Assembly: GCA_965644295.1 (NCBI GenBank)
Contig: CBFFRP010000253.1
Coordinates: 62,001 to 126,000 of the forward strand
Source of the DNA: Paraphysomonas bandaiensis
Lineage: Eukaryota; Protista; Chrysophyceae
DNA length: 64,000 nucleotides
Direction: 5' to 3'
The position numbers and the translations under genes were made by a program. Shown piece after piece: positions 61,682 to 64,000 of this stretch. The notes beneath the pieces are model-generated. The model made no database searches and was not told the origin of the DNA. It was given only the letters and a program-made list of their open reading frames with translations. The stretch's first letter is position 1. Every line of letters begins with the position of its first letter.

Positions 61682-62500
61682 GAAAGTGTTGTCAGGGTTA
61701 TATTTTGCTCATTGCTCACATATGTGTGACGAAAGTTTTGAATTCGTTAGGTATCTCTTTCGAGATATTTCTGCCAGCTGCATTACAGTTTGTTGTGTTT
61801 CTTACACTTGGACTGTACACAGCTTTGTGCATTTATCACATCATATACTCATATACATGGTATGCTATTCAATACATAGTACATAGACCGTGCACATTCC
61901 CTCAACAAAGTCGGACTCGCACTTTTTCGTGGTGTAAGTATCGGAGATAATTCTCCAGGAAACTAACGTGAGCCGCATATACATTCAGCAACTGCTTGTG
62001 TGGTACAAGGGGCACAAATAAGTGTCACTTGTGTACTTGTGTAGACGTCTTTTTGGGCCCTGACGAATAGATAGGCATTCAGAACTGGGCCGACCTCACG
62101 TGCATCCAGGGTACTGGGCTGCCTGCTGAAGGCAAGCATCCGGGCTGCTAACCTTAAGAACTCAAATATGGGGACAGGAAGTAATAATTACAATTATAAT
62201 TGTCAACAACCTGCGTCAATTAATTGACAATACGTACTAGATGGGCCTGAGAACTACGAAATACGCAACAATATCTCCATTTCCAATATCTTCAATTCGA
62301 AAAATATCATTACAGTTTTACAATATAGTTAACAAGCAAATAACTATTTACTGCAGCGCAAGATCTGCGTAAATAGTTACGACATTTCTACGTACACATT
62401 TAATAGTCCCTACTTAGCGAATGACACATATGTTCAGAGACATATCAAGGAGTCATAACCCTAATCTTACCATAGAAGTATATTTACAATATGTAACCAA

Positions 62501-64000
62501 TCATACCGACATCGGGCTGGAGTTTGAATTCATCTTATCTCCCGACGGACTTGAAGGCTTCAACACACTTTTATGAGATGCCAGGATAATCGCATTGTAG
62601 AACGACTTAAATTCGCTGAAATCGATGCGACCATCCTTGTTAGTGTCAATTGCAGAAAACATGTCTTTAACACTAATAGCACTTCCATCAGCGTCACTCA
62701 TCACGAGTAACGGGCCAGTCCCGTCATGCAGCATACAATTCACCACCAGGTCTAATTCCCCCTCTGATATAAATCCATCTTCGTCCATATCAAACACAGT
62801 GAAATATAAACGGGCGGCTTCCATTTCTTCCTCCTCGTTATCATAACACCTCAGAGCGGCCAAAGCCATGAGAACTTCTTTCACATCCACCCGACCGTCC
62901 CCATTACAGTCAAAGACAGCGAAAACCTTACTATTGGCAAGAATATCCAGCTGCGCTGACTTCACCAGAGTACAGAATTCCTCATATCCAAGGGAGCCTT
63001 GTCGAAGAAGACGTACCGAGTTTTTGTCACTACTTTTCTCCTCGCCCACCACTTTCCCATCCTCTTCCGCACTACGATATATCTCCTTTACCAGTAACTC
63101 CTTCAGGCCCAAAAGTCGACTAGAGAAATCTGCAGATACACGCTGTATGTCCTCATCTGAGGCGCTTCCTCTGGAACGAAGAAAGGGAAGGACGTGTTGA
63201 AACCCCTCTTTCCTTTCCTTGTGAATCTCCATTGCTCCGTTAGCAAGAAAGTACTTTTTGAGGCGTCCCCTAAGTGCTAAATGTTTGATACGGTGCAAGT
63301 AGGCTTCACCGAGGTGTTTCTCAGGAGCACAGTGTGTAATCCACGGGTGAGAGAGTACCTCATCTAGGTCCATCCGCTGCGTGGGATCTTTAACAAGCAT
63401 TTTGCGAACAAGATCCTTGGCGGACTCTGATACCCCCTCCCACGTAGGGCCTGCCATGGCATAGTATGTAGAATCTGTGATCTGTCTCCTGTACCTGCAA
63501 AATATCATCAGACATTACACTTCTAGATTTAATAGTTTTAAATTCTATTAACACCAAAACGCACTCACTTTCTCCCAGTGTGGAACGGCGCGTATCCTGC
63601 CAGCATACTGTAGAGTACACACCCAGCTTGCCATACGTCACTTTTAGTAGAGTATTGGTGTCTCAATATGCTTTCTGGCGCAAACCAGCCCTCAGTGCCG
63701 ACTAAGAGCCCTGTCTCCAATATGCCACTACCGTCACTTGGAAGCGCAGCCATGAACCCGAAATCTATTATCTTAATCCCACCGCCCTCCCCAGGAGTAG
63801 TATGCATCAGGTTGTCCAGCTTGAGATCACGGTGAACGAACCCTTTACGATGGATGCTCCGTAACGCTAGCATAGCATTTCGAAAGGAATGAGAAAGATC
63901 TTTCTCAGATATACTCGAACGCATAGACATACGCTGAAGCCAATCGCCACCACGTAACATTTCCATTACGATTACTGGATATGGCTGACAAAACTCAGGA
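62501..64000 (-). CDS. Calcium-dependent protein kinase (kinase plus EF hands), 5'-partial; intron 63495-63568
   Basis: HRDLKLDN, IDFG, APE, SDVW, HPW; EF loops DCNGDGRVDVKE, DMDEDGFISEGE, DTNKDGRIDFSE. Confidence 0.9.

Overview
Gene-dense eukaryotic DNA with short (mostly 48-75 bp) GT-AG introns. The gene set and intron style suggest a stramenopile, possibly chrysophyte-like, protist (inference only). About 19 host genes are supported: PSMB2 (partial), V-ATPase c subunit, METTL23-like, GH18 chitinase-like, EXPERA-like membrane protein, UGT, a large C39-like peptidase/TSP1/PSI/SRCR surface protein, chitin synthase, CE4 deacetylase, C45/acid-ceramidase-like hydrolase, a 4-TM protein, a cNMP-binding protein, an AGC-like kinase in two inverted copies, an MFS transporter, BAF-like, Tim22, an EGLN-like dioxygenase, a Myb-like protein and a CDPK (partial). 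Two young full-length Ty1/Copia elements have identical LTR pairs, 5-bp TSDs, non-canonical LTR ends and a shared extra module after integrase. Gene 5' ends and head-to-head promoters carry pure or degenerate (CATA)n arrays, AT-rich first coding segments and a ~130-bp dispersed repeat, whereas both Copias and several TE relics lie in tail-to-tail gaps. Chitin synthase is head-to-head with a membrane-anchored deacetylase. All calls come from reading the sequence by eye; no searches were run.
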